Of a stretch of 64,000 bases of DNA, positions 39,340 through 51,107 are shown piece by piece. The first letter of the stretch is position 1, and each line of letters opens with the position of its first letter. Below the pieces are notes generated by a model. It made no database searches. It saw only the letters and a program-made list of their open reading frames with translations, and was not told the origin of the DNA. The stretch comes from Batkoa obscura. Lineage: Eukaryota. Both the position numbers and the translations under genes were made by a program. The stretch is from positions 620,001 to 684,000 of the forward strand of contig JASVEC010000026.1 in NCBI GenBank assembly GCA_030770535.1. The letters run 5' to 3'.

Positions 39340-40138
39340 TAAGTTTATGTCACTAACTACAAATAATTAGTATTCAAGATTTTTGTTTACTATAGCCATA
39401 TATTTGTTTTGATTTTATTAAATAATTAAGTATAAATTTGTTAACTCATTCATTTATTTGGATGGCTTCTACCCGTCTAAGACCTTGGGGCCCATCTAAG
39501 TTTTAATCGAGTAGAGGTCATCTATATATTAGTTAAATTATTGGCTAATTTTAATTATCATGGAATTTTTTAAAAATTAAACCAAAAAATTTGGCATACT
39601 GAAATTAGTTAATCTCCAGAATTAGTAACCTACCAAATCCTATTAGGATCAAAAATTCATGACTGTAACTCATACCAAAAGCCCTAATGATAATAACTTG
39701 AGATACAAATACCTTGAAACTTTGAAATGTTATATTGGTTATAATATTATGACTTGCCCTTTGATAATATATTTAGCAGTATTTGGCCGCTCTGTAAGGT
39801 CTGGACTTCTAATCCAAACAATATAACATCATTAATTTTCAATAAACGTTATATTAACACCAAATATTAATTTTAACTTAATTTTAGTATTTTTTTCCCT
39901 TATTTATAACATTACTTTTAAAAGAACTTTCCTCAATAAACATGGAAAGTTTCAATACATAGCTAGAGGTGTACAGCTATCTAAAAATTGATTCAATGCT
40001 ATTACGAAAATTTTAGCCAATAAAAACAAAAAATTAAACCAATCAAATAACCAGTTGGCTTTATAAAATAAAATGTGAAACTAATTTGCAACAAAATAGG
40101 GTTAATTAACTTTTATGTTTAATTATAAATTGATGACT

Positions 40139-40169
40139 TGGGGATGTATTTTTTTGTTTAAGAATTTTA
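40139..40169 (-). mobile_element. MITE family A solo terminal fragment
   Basis: TGGGGATGTATTTTTTTGTTTAAGAATTTTA matches the right-hand end only. Confidence 0.65.
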
Positions 40170-40405
40170 ATTTTATATACTTAGTTAAAGACATTTGATT
40201 TTTGATATTTATATTATGTTTACTAAAAAAGTCATTTATTTTAATTAATAAAACTTTATATTATATTAACTGTTAAACCTTTTTTTAAATTTAAAACTTA
40301 TTTTAAAAGTGTTTAAAGTATATATATAATTTTAAATAAAAAAATAATTTTAATTTTAATTTTTCTATAATAATTTGTATTTTTAATATAATTTCTCATA
40401 CTTTT

Positions 40406-40522
40406 ATATGGGATATATTTTTTTGTTTAAGAATTTTACTAATAGCTTTTCCACTTAAATGGCGCTTAAAAAATGGAAAAGCTATCAGTAAAATTCTTAA
40501 ATAAAAAAATACATCCTCATAT
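40406..40522. mobile_element. MITE family A palindromic derivative with two right arms
   Basis: ~48-bp right arm (reverse) + CTTAAATGGCGCTTAAAAAA core + right arm (forward). Confidence 0.8.
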
Positions 40523-40607
40523 ATCTATAATATTTTTTTTTAAATTTTTAAAAAAATTTTGTTTAAAATTCTCTGCTTTAAATAACCAAAGCTAAAAAAT
40601 TTAATAG

Positions 40608-40708
40608 ATATGAGGATGTTTTTTACTTTCATTACTTTTTCCATTTTTAAGCGCTATTTGAGCGAAAAGACTGTTAGTAAAATTAAACAAAAAAATACAT
40701 CCCCATAT
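40608..40708 (+). mobile_element. MITE family A copy (first of tandem pair)
   Basis: Both TIRs; ends CCCCATAT, with the ATAT shared with the next copy. Confidence 0.85.
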
Positions 40709-40813
40709 AAAAAGATGTTTTTTTTGATTTTATTATTTTTTCTATTTTTTAAGCATTATTTAAATAGAAAAGCTATCAGTAAAACTTTTAAATAAATAAA
40801 AATATCCTCATAT
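40705..40813 (+). mobile_element. MITE family A copy, heavily C>T/G>A decayed (second of tandem pair)
   Basis: ATATAAAAAGATGTTTTTTTTGATTTTATTATTTTTTCTATTTTTTAAGCATTATTTAAATAGAAAAGCTATCAGTAAAAC...ATCCTCATAT is colinear with the consensus. Confidence 0.75.
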
Positions 40814-41396
40814 ATTAAAAAACTCAATTATATGAAAGTTGGTACTCAGTGGTTGGAGTTAAAAGCAGTTTCTGCTTGATTAACTAGCCTGGAGTCGGAA
40901 GGTCTTAGTTTATGTAACTAAGATAAACTTAAATTAGTAAGAATAGTGGACAATAGGCTATGAACTATGTAAAGCAAATAGAATAGAAAATAGTAATGTA
41001 AAATCTACGTAAGGTATTGTCAGAAAGACTTAGTAGCTTTATTAATGGTACGATATCAGGGAATAATTCAATTAAAAAGCCTCGAGTTATCATGTTGAAG
41101 AATCTCTTTTATACTCCAACTGGGTGGCTATATATAAGGAACATGATAACAGTTACTCCTTATTATAGTTACCAAGTATGGACATTAAAATGTGGACAAT
41201 AAATTCTTCATGAATAGGCGGTAGGAATTCTCACAACAAATCTAAACAAGGAACTTTGGATTGATTTATCACATGAATCACAGTCAAATTCAATATAAGG
41301 CTACAGTTAGTTCTGTAAACAAGTTAAGTGACTATTATGAGATAATCAATTATAGAGCTGATGAAGCAATATTTGACAATTAGTATATTTTTTATT

Positions 41397-41503
41397 AAAT
41401 AAAGATGTTTTTTTTTATTTAAAAATTTTATTAACAATTTTTTTGCTTAAATAGCCATTCAAAAAATTAAAAAATGACAAAGCTAAGAAAAACATTTTTA
41501 AAT
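41397..41503 (-). mobile_element. MITE family A copy, heavily decayed
   Basis: AAAGATGTTTTTTTTTATTTAAAAATTTTATTAACAATTTTTTTGCTTAAATAGCC... is colinear with the reverse consensus. Confidence 0.6.
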
Positions 41504-41556
41504 AAAGTTATATTAATTTTTTTTTGGCATAAATTACTGTTTTTTATAGTTTGAGG

Positions 41557-41625
41557 ATATAGGGATGTATTTTTTTGTTTAAGATTGTTAGTAAAATTCT
41601 TGAACAAAAAAATACACCCCCATAT
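41557..41625. mobile_element. MITE family A 69-bp mini-derivative with two right ends and no core
   Basis: ATATAGGGATGTATTTTTTTGTTTAAGA + TTGTTAGTAAAATTCTTGAACAAAAAAATACACCCCCATAT. Confidence 0.78.
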
Positions 41626-42230
41626 GCTTTAATTAATTTTGCCATAGTTTCTTTTGACTTTTTAGATCGCTTTAAGTTTTTTTCGTGATTATTTTAATAG
41701 CTTTCTTTGTTTTTGGTTCCACATGATTGTTTTTAATATTAAGAGCTTTAATGGGTTTTGCATAGCATTTTTTCTTTTTGTTATAAACAATAATAAATAT
41801 TTATCCTTTGCTAACTATATGATTCATTTCCTTTAGTTTTTTTATAATGATGGTTTGAAAGTACCTTAATTATGTTGTTTACAATTTTAAGAAAAACTTA
41901 TAGCATTTAAAAGATAATTAATTTTTATAAAAAGATTATGAAATTTCAGGCTTTTTTATATGTTTGAAATTGCTTATAAAAACCGTGGGCACCCCCTCCT
42001 GTATTGTTCAATAAAGTCTGAAATAGCCTAAACTTTGTAAAGACATAGCAATGTAGTCAAAAATTAAAACTCCTAGTCATAATATTTCTTTGTTGAACTA
42101 GATTGTTATGATAAAATTTTATAAATGAAACTACTTTAAAAATTTTGATTTTTGACATTTTAATATAAATCTTAATTTATTTGGAGATGATAACTTATAG
42201 CAATGGAGATTAAAGCAATGTTCAAACTAT

Positions 42231-45007
42231 CTATTGTTTATCGTTATAAACAATTTTCAAATCTTCAAGGATAGCGGCAGAATCACTTGGTGGTGGGCAA
42301 GGTTCAATATTCCAGATACGTTCAGCATACTCAAGGATGGAACGGTCGGAAGAGAACTTGGCCATATTGGCAGTGCATCTGATTGATTTGGCGGTCCAGG
42401 ATTCTTTATTAAGGTATGCCTCTTCAATTTCCTTTTGTTTTTCAAGGTAGGCATCAAAATCTTCATTAAGGAGATAGTAATCATTTCCACCGCTAATTGT
42501 AGATAATAGTGGCGAAAAGATGTCTGGGTTTCCAAATTCGCCGCTTTGGATTCTTTGCAATACTTTTTGAAGTTTTGGATTAGTTGGCCTTTTACCCATA
42601 CGAGTTTCGTGACGGAGATCTTCAACTTCATGGGCTAACACACCAAAAGTGAAGATGTTTTCGGATCCAATTTCTTCTTCGATTTCAATGTTAGCACCAT
42701 CAACAGTACCAAGGATAAGACCACCGTTGAGTACGAATTTCATGTTTGAAGTTCCAGAAGCTTCAGTACCAGCAGTAGAAATGTGTTGAGAAATATCAGA
42801 AGCTGGGATGATAACTTCAGCAAGAGATACGTTATAATCAGGAAGGAAAACAACCTTAAGTTTGTCTTGAATAGAAGCATCGTTGTTGATCTTTTCAGAT
42901 ACAGAGTTGATAAGTTTAATGACAAGTTTGGCAATGTAATAGCCAGGAGCAGCTTTACCACCAAAGATTACGGCACGTGGAACAACCTTTTCTAATTCAG
43001 CCTTGGATAATTCTTTAATTTCATAGTAACGATGGATAACACTAAGGATATTCATGAATTGACGTTTATATTCATGAATACGTTTAACTTGGATATCAAA
43101 TAATGCATCTGGTGATACATCAATATTTAAATTGTTTTTGATATAACCAGCAAGACGGGCCTTGTTTTGGTATTTGATATCGCGCCAGATTTCTTGGAAT
43201 TCTTTGTTTTCAGCAAAATCATTAAGGACCTTAAGCTTAGACATATCTTTAATCCAAGAAAGATCACCAACCTTAGAGCTAATAAGTTGGCTCAAGTTAG
43301 GATTAGCTTGGTGTAACCAACGACGAGGGGAAATACCGTTAGTGACATTGGTGAATTTTTCTTCACCAAAGAAACGAATATAGTGGTTGAAGAGGATTTC
43401 CTTAATAAGCTTAGAATGAAGGGCAGCAACACCATTTACAGTGTGGGAACCAATGACAGCTAAAGAAGCCATACGAAGGTATTGTGGAGAGCCTTCTTCA
43501 ATAACAGAAAGGTTTCTAAGGAGATCACGATCTCCAGGGAAAAGTTTTTCAACTTTTTGAAGGAAGAAAAGATTGATGGCATAAATAATTTCCATGTGAC
43601 GAGGAAGGAGATGTTTAACAAGATCAACTGGCCAGCGTTCTAAAGCTTCAGGCAAGACAGTGTGATTAGTGAAAGCAAAAGTCTTTGTGACGATGTTCCA
43701 AGCTTCATCCCACTCTAAACCTTCTTCATCGATAAGTACACGTTGAAGTTCAGGAATAGCAAGAGTTGGATGAGTGTCATTAAGCTGGATGGCAACTTCT
43801 TCAGGGAAGTTAGACCATTTATAATTATCCCTGCTCTTAAAGCGAGAAATAATATCTTGAAGAGTAGCACATACTAAGAAATACTCTTGTTTAAGACGAA
43901 GCTCTTTACCTACCATATGGTTGTCATTTGGGTATAAGACTGAGGTAATGTTTTCAGCTGATTTCTTTTCTTCAACTGAGTGATCGTAATCACCAGCATT
44001 GAAACTACCAAGATCAAAGTTCTTTGTAGGACGAGAGCTCCATAAACGAATGTTACCCATAGTACTTGTGTTATACCCTGGGATTGGGACATCATAAGCA
44101 ACAGCTTGTACGATTTGACCACCATCCCACACGCGCTTGTTTTTACCAGTCTTTTGGTCTTGTTCATCACGAACACCACCAAAGAAGCGAACATTGTAAG
44201 CTTTATCAAGACGTGGGAGTTCCCATGGGTTAACAAAGTTAAGCCAGAAGTCTGGAACTTCAGTTTGATGACCATCAACAATCTTTTGTTGGAACATACC
44301 ATAGTTGTAACGTAAACCATAACCCCAACCTGGTAAATCAGTGTTAGCAAGGGAATCAATGTAGCAAGCAGCAAGACGACCAAGACCACCATTACCAAGA
44401 GCAGCATCACGTTCCTCATCTAAAAGGTCTTCCATACTGAATCCAAGTTCTTCAGTAGAAGTTGAGTATTGATCTTTCATTCCAAGGGATAACATAGCGT
44501 TATCTAAAGAACGACCTAGAAGAAACTCCATAGAAAGATAATATACAGACTTTGGTTTTTTGGCGATGTAATGCTATAAAATTTTAACAAACATCCTTGA
44601 TAGTATTAATAATTATTACCATTTGAGTGTTATTCCAGTTATGAATAAGACGATCACGGATACTATAATCTTTAATAAAACTGATAGATATTAATCAAAT
44701 AAACTTACGAGAACGACAATGATTGATAAAGTACAAGAGGATCAATCTTTTCAGGAGCAAAAGCTAAAGTGTTGTTCATGTGACGGATGATTGATTTTTG
44801 AATAGATTCAACATCTTTTCCCTCTTCTTGACGATATTCAGCCCAACATTTTGCAAAGCGGGCATTGGGGAGTTTAAGTTCAGGGGTAGCAACAGAGTTG
44901 ATACCACGAGGAACGGAAAGTTTTCTAGCTAATTTAGGACGACCTTCATTAGCAGCAGTTTTCCCATCTTTAGATGTAGTAGGTTTTACAGTATTTGCAG
45001 GGCTCAT
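42231..45007 (-). CDS. GPH1: Glycogen phosphorylase (GT35), 3 exons
   Basis: SMEFLLGR, DAALGNGGLGRLAAC, QLNDTHP, TNHTVLPEALE, VNGVAALHS, KRIHEYKRQ, EASGTSNMKF (PLP Lys); small middle exon IRDRLIHNWNNTQM. Confidence 0.97.
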
Positions 45008-47885
45008 ATCGCTTTTTTATCTATAATAAAGTATTAACACAGAAGAAGTTATACATGTATTGGTTTTACAATTTATTTAAGAGTTGATTGGTATTTTCAA
45101 TAATTTAAAAGAAAATGAGAGTATTAAAAATAAAAAAGTAATTACCCTTAAAGTCTATTTATATTGTTTCGCTTGTCGCCCTTTAAATATAATGTTGACG
45201 TAATTCTTATGGTAAAATCTTAGATAATTTATACGAGGAAACGTATAAGAAGTATAAACTATATAATCTCATCATTATGAGCCTTCTTTAGGGGTGTTCC
45301 ACCAATCAAATACAGTTACATTACTTTATTCTCGGAGATGATTTGTAACAAAGCCCTTACACAAGATTAAACGTCACTTATTGATTAGTTTAGGATGAAT
45401 CTTTTTTTAAAAGATAAGGGAAAACAAAATTTCTACTTTAGGCTAATCTCACCTTATCGCATAAATGTTGATTTCAATGAAGTATATCTATTCTAGTCTA
45501 CCATGGGAACTTTAATATGTTTAAATTAAAGCTTCATTTTATTACAAAGCAATTCATAGTTAATTTTAAAGCTAGATTGACTTTCAAATATGTTCTTATT
45601 TATAAAACTAAATACTATTTGATTTGATAAATCCTACACACGAAAGTTAAGCAATTAAAGTTATATATTTAAAATATTAGTCAATGATTTGAAATTAAAA
45701 TTCATGGTATTATTATATAATATAATATTTTATAATTTTATAATTTACTTTTTTAATAAGGTTTATCGCATTTTTTAACAATAACATATTTACCCATACC
45801 TGTTAAAATCTGCTAAAATTAATCTAAAATTTAATCAATCATATTAAATAATACATAATTGATCCTAAACTCATTTGTTAACAAGATATATGTTTAATTT
45901 AATATAGGCTGTTTAGATTTTAAATATTTTAGTTTTACTTCTATTTAAAATAGTCTATAAAGGCAGTTGTAAGGATAAAGATCACGTTGCATAGTAGCAT
46001 TCTATTGTTTTACAGCTATAAAAATAATGAATAGAGAATTTTATTTATTTATTTAATTACAATCTGTTTAATGTTACTATTCAGAAACAATAGCAATTAG
46101 AGTGGTGCGAAATTTAATAAATTTTATCTTATTGATTCTTTATTATTATAAATATAATTCAAATTACTATCGTTTAATTTAAAATTGTCGTGATAAAAAC
46201 CAGAATGCTCATGGTATATTTTCAATGGGTGGACTTAATAGGAAATAAATAAAGATTACATCTACTATAGTGGATGCTTTAAACAGTACAATTGGGTTGC
46301 ATTTTCCTCGATTTACAAGTTAAGTAATGAATCAAAAAGCTCAACAAAAGGACCAACTGACAATTGAAGAGAAAAGGAGTAAATATGGCTATATCGCATA
46401 TATCGGTATATTTTAAGTAATTAATTTATGATATGAAATTTAAAAATATACCTCTTTAAAACTTACATAAAAAATTAGGCTTTATATGGGCTATTTGTAA
46501 TAGAAATAATCTAAAAATTTGAGTAATTTAATTTTTTACTATATACTTACATATTGATAATTAGTGACTATAACAAAAAACATCAATCTTAATGAAAATA
46601 CATTATTTATAGAGCTGTATTCTATTATAAATTAAAACGTTTATATAAGTCAATAGTTTTATTTATAATTTGGTCAGTTCAGAAATAACTAAATATTTTT
46701 TAAACTAGAATTTATGTGTCCAAAGCAATTGATCTCAATCTATTATATACTCATTTTTTAAAGCATAAAAATATATAGTCTATGCTAAATTATCCTTTAA
46801 ATCAATCATCAGGCAAAAATACCTCTAGGCATTAAAGTAATTAAAAATTTTAATTTTTAATATGCTTTTTTTGGAACTACCTAATATTTTTAAATGCTGG
46901 GACCTTTAACTATAGCAGGCCTGAGGTAAAGATAGGTTCTTTTTAAGTAGTTGAATTTTGATTTCAAAAATGACATCATTGGTTGTGATTAATTTGAGGG
47001 AAATTCAGCTATTTTGATAAGTTGAATTCTATAGCTATTTTTTTTGAGAAGCTTAGCTAAAATTCCTATAAATAAATACTAGATTGAATTTTTAAAAACT
47101 ATAAAATTAAACTTTTATACATTAATAATGTTATATTTTTAAAATGTTGAGTTAAAATTAAAATCAAAAAAATAATTTATTATAGATGAGTTTGTTTTAG
47201 AGTATTTAAAATAAATTAACTATTAAAAATGAATAAAATATCAAACCAAAACTACCGCAACTCTATTGAACCTAGTTAACTGTTTATTTAAAAATAAAAT
47301 CTTACTAAACCAGGTTAAAATAGGAAACTAGCATAATAAAGAGCCGGACAATTATAAAACTGGCTCTAAAGGTTACCGCAAATCATGTCGCAATAAAGTT
47401 GCAGCAGCTGTGATTTATTTTTAAAATTCAAGTTGAATTATTTTACTAGCTAAAATTAAGCTTAAATCTTAGTCACTCAAAAAAAAGCGTAGCAAAATTC
47501 AACTATTCTCAATAGAATTCCATTCAAAAAAAAATAGCATAGGAAAATCAAAAATCAAATTTAAAATGAGTTGTAAATTGTTTAATTTATAGTCAAAAAA
47601 ATTACTCAACAAGCATTCAAAACTAAGCTTAAATTCAATTACTCAAGATTCTTAGCCACGAAAAATTATTATGTTTACCTCAAGTCCATTATAATTAAAT
47701 TTACAGTAGAGTTTTTTGAAAAATTAATTTTTTATAATGAAAAGACATAGTTTAGTTCTAACAAAGCATTTTACAGGATAAGTATTTAAATGTGAGCTAT
47801 TATAAAATTCAACTAATAATAGGTATATCTATAGCATGGCTGTTAACCAATAAAATTACAAATAAAAGATAGAAGTTTAAACAGT

Positions 47886-47992
47886 GTATGGAGATATTTT
47901 TTTTGGCTTCATCACTTTTTCCATCTTTTAAGCGCTATTTGAGTGGAAAAATTGTTGGTAAAATTCTTAAACACAAAAATACATCCCTGTAT
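47886..47992 (+). mobile_element. MITE family A copy
   Basis: Both TIRs and core; flanks read GTAT on both sides. Confidence 0.85.
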
Positions 47993-49152
47993 GCTTTATT
48001 TTTTCATCGAATATTTTATTGAAAATATAATAAAAATTGTTGCATTTTTTAATTGAATGCTATAAGTAAAGTTCAGATTTTTTATCCTTTTAGACACTAT
48101 AAAAGGGTGAATATATTGTTAAAGTGGTGATCAATAGTTAACTAATAAATAATTATCAAATAATATCTTTAGTATCATATTTTTAAGCGAAATAAGAAAG
48201 TTGTAATTTAAGCAGACTTTATATTATTTGACATAACGTAGGTAGATATTATAAACTAGGGGTTAAGGATACTATGTTAAGAAGTCATTGGCTTTATATG
48301 TTTTATTTATAGATTTCGAGCACTTTGGGCAAACAATTTTATATATTCATAATGCTAACATAATTCTCTTTTTAAGGAGCTTGACTATATAAAAAAATGA
48401 AAGTTCATTTAAACTACATGAACAGCTTACATCTCACAGGAAATACAAAAAAAAGTCCTAATTATGGGATGATAAGGATTTGAAACATTATTTCATTATT
48501 ATTTTCTTCCTTGTTTCTTTGGATAGGACAAATCTCCACTAAAATTTCATAAAAGTTTAGGTTTAGGAGTCCCCTTTTCAACAGGTTGATAGTGATTTTA
48601 CCCATCTTTCTTTTGACTGGTTATGTCGTTTTTTATTTGGTTAGCTTTTTAATTTTTTGGGAAAATACTGCCCTAATAGGGGAAGGATAAATAAATAAAT
48701 AAATAAAACCACTTTGAAGAACAAAATACATCATATGTTTATTCCAATTAATTATTTGTATTTTTTAATATGGGCTACTTTACACAAATTATGACTAAAC
48801 CCATAAGCGGAATACATTCACAAAAATATAACCCATTCAATATTGGTCATAATTGTTTACCTATTTCTTTAAATCAACGGGATCCCTTTAATTTCAATTT
48901 TTGCTAAATGCACAGCATAATTAAATTAATTCCTAACATTAATAATCTAAATATACGGATAGGAATGTACATTTATAAATATGACTAAAAGCGTGTCATG
49001 ATTGTATTTATGGATAAAAACTCTTAGGAAATGAAGCGATATAAAAGTAATGATTAATAAATTGATCTATTAATTTTATCTATTATTAAACATATATAAA
49101 TAAAAGAAAGAGATTATACATACCAATAATTTAAGCCATTAAAGAGTTAAAA

Positions 49153-50238
49153 ATGACCAAAGGAAACGGATTATTTGAGTTTAACTATAATAATAGAGCC
49201 AGTGAATACACCTCTGAGCAATTAGTAAGCTATTTAAAGCGAATAGATTTTATTAAAGACAATGAAGAAACAAAACTACCACCAGCCAATTTGGAAACTT
49301 TAAAGGAACTGATGACATTACATTTAAATTCCATTCCATATGGGAATACTTCATATTTTTACTATTTAGAAGGTAGTAATTTTGAGCAGGAAGAACCCTC
49401 TAATCCTAATGACCTACATACTACAAAAGGAGTAAGCTTAGGACCTAAAGATATATATAAGAAATTGATAGTAGAAAAAAGAGATGGCTATTGCTTTGAA
49501 CATAACTTGCTATTTTATTATGTAATAGGATGCTTAGGATATAAGGTACACACTATTGGTTGCCGGGTAGTTGATCAAAATAAATTTAAAGATGAAGGAG
49601 TAGTAGCTATGGGTGGAATGCGTCATTGTGCAATGATAGTATTGCTAGATGAGCAAAAGTATTTAGTAGATGTAGGATATAGAGCCATTGGAAATTTCCA
49701 ACCAGTTCCAATCCATAATGATATATTGGACGATGACGAATATCCCCATGTTGTCTTAACTGATAACACCAAGTTACAAATTGTAAGAAGATATGGGCCC
49801 GGTTTTGCTCATTTATCAAATGTTAATACCCAGCCCTTCTATCTAGTTCGTAATTATGTGCCCTACCATACGATTGATGATAAATACTATGGCACAGTGG
49901 AAGGCAAAAGACTTTTATGGCAGCCATTATTTTTCTTTACAATGGAACCTTTTCTACCAGATGACATCAAGCATTTAAATTACTATATGGTGTTAGATAC
50001 TACTCATCCATTTAGTCAGCATTTGATATTAAGGAAATTTATCACGATTGATTTGCAGCCTTATTTGGTAAGAATGTTTGATAATCAAATCAAAATTATC
50101 CACAATGATGGCAAAGTTGATAGGCTTATTTTGAAAAATGAGCAAGAAAGGAGGGATGCCTTGTTTTCATATTTCGGTATTGATTTATCAAAATATCGAG
50201 AAGTTTTAACAAAAGAATTCGTTACTTTTGAAAAATAA
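49153..50238 (+). CDS. Arylamine N-acetyltransferase family protein, intronless
   Basis: YLKRI...LETLKELMTLHL.SIPYGN; RDGYCFEHN (catalytic Cys), RHCAMIV (His), YLVDVG (Asp). Confidence 0.92.
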   Translation: MTKGNGLFEFNYNNRASEYTSEQLVSYLKRIDFIKDNEETKLPPANLETLKELMTLHLNSIPYGNTSYFYYLEGSNFEQEEPSNPNDLHTTKGVSLGPKDIYKKLIVEKRDGYCFEHNLLFYYVIGCLGYKVHTIGCRVVDQNKFKDEGVVAMGGMRHCAMIVLLDEQKYLVDVGYRAIGNFQPVPIHNDILDDDEYPHVVLTDNTKLQIVRRYGPGFAHLSNVNTQPFYLVRNYVPYHTIDDKYYGTVEGKRLLWQPLFFFTMEPFLPDDIKHLNYYMVLDTTHPFSQHLILRKFITIDLQPYLVRMFDNQIKIIHNDGKVDRLILKNEQERRDALFSYFGIDLSKYREVLTKEFVTFEK

Positions 50239-51107
50239 TTTATATCCTACCACCTTTATGGTATATATTTTACTTTTATTATTACTTTATAATAAAGACA
50301 CGTCGATTGTTATGATTAAACAATTTTATTTACATTTATCCCCTTTTATTATGGATTACATTTTTAACATGGTTTTATACAAAGCGCTGGTGTTACGAAA
50401 CTTTTAATGCATACAATCAGAAATAGAGTAGTTATAAATGTTATTTATTATGTACAACGTAGGATGATGGTTCCTAAATAGATCACATTGGCAAATTATG
50501 TTTATCTTGATGAATAGTATCGTTTAACCATCATATTCATTAATCTTTCTATAAATAAAAAAATAAAAAGAGAATATTGAATGTCTTCAAATGCAAGTAA
50601 CAGTAAATTTATAATAAGTTTAGATAGGTAATCAATAATTATTTCTATATCCCCAAATTAAAAATATCAACAAAATTTTGTCCCAAACTCATGTTTATAA
50701 ATATGATATTGATGTGCCACAATAAAAAAGTTAAAAATAGATGTCAATTAACTCTTTATATCATAATAGTTAAAGTAAATGAAATATCTATCTTTGAAAG
50801 CAGAAACATTCTCGTCTTAAAGCATTTCTAAAATTGATAACGTTGATGGCCAAGAGTATATAAATACTGTTCAAAGATATTTATATTTGTCTAATACTTA
50901 GTTACAATCTTTGGGTAAATGGAATAGCTTAAGGAATCCATGCTAAAAGGAAGTCCTATTTTAGAAATATTGTCTAAAAGCTAATGAAAAAGAGCAATTT
51001 TTAAAATTATGCTTCAAAACGCATAAAATAGATAAATTTTAAATCGATTACATTTCATCATTTTCAAACATTTTATATCAACTTTAATACTTGTATTGTT
51101 ATTTATA

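Noticed and set aside
40610..40795. 61-aa ORF
   Set aside because: Reads through two tandem MITE copies; not a gene
40830..41360. Higher-GC, coding-like stretch inside the MITE cluster (similar patches at ~33300-33720, ~58860-59110, ~63600-64000)
   Set aside because: Multiple stops and no transposase or RT motif I can recognise; may be remnants, but needs tBLASTx or HMM search
48665..48706. GCCCTAATAGGGGAAGGA(TAAA)n resembling a non-LTR retroelement 3' tail
   Set aside because: Single occurrence with no upstream RT ORF or TSD; equally a microsatellite
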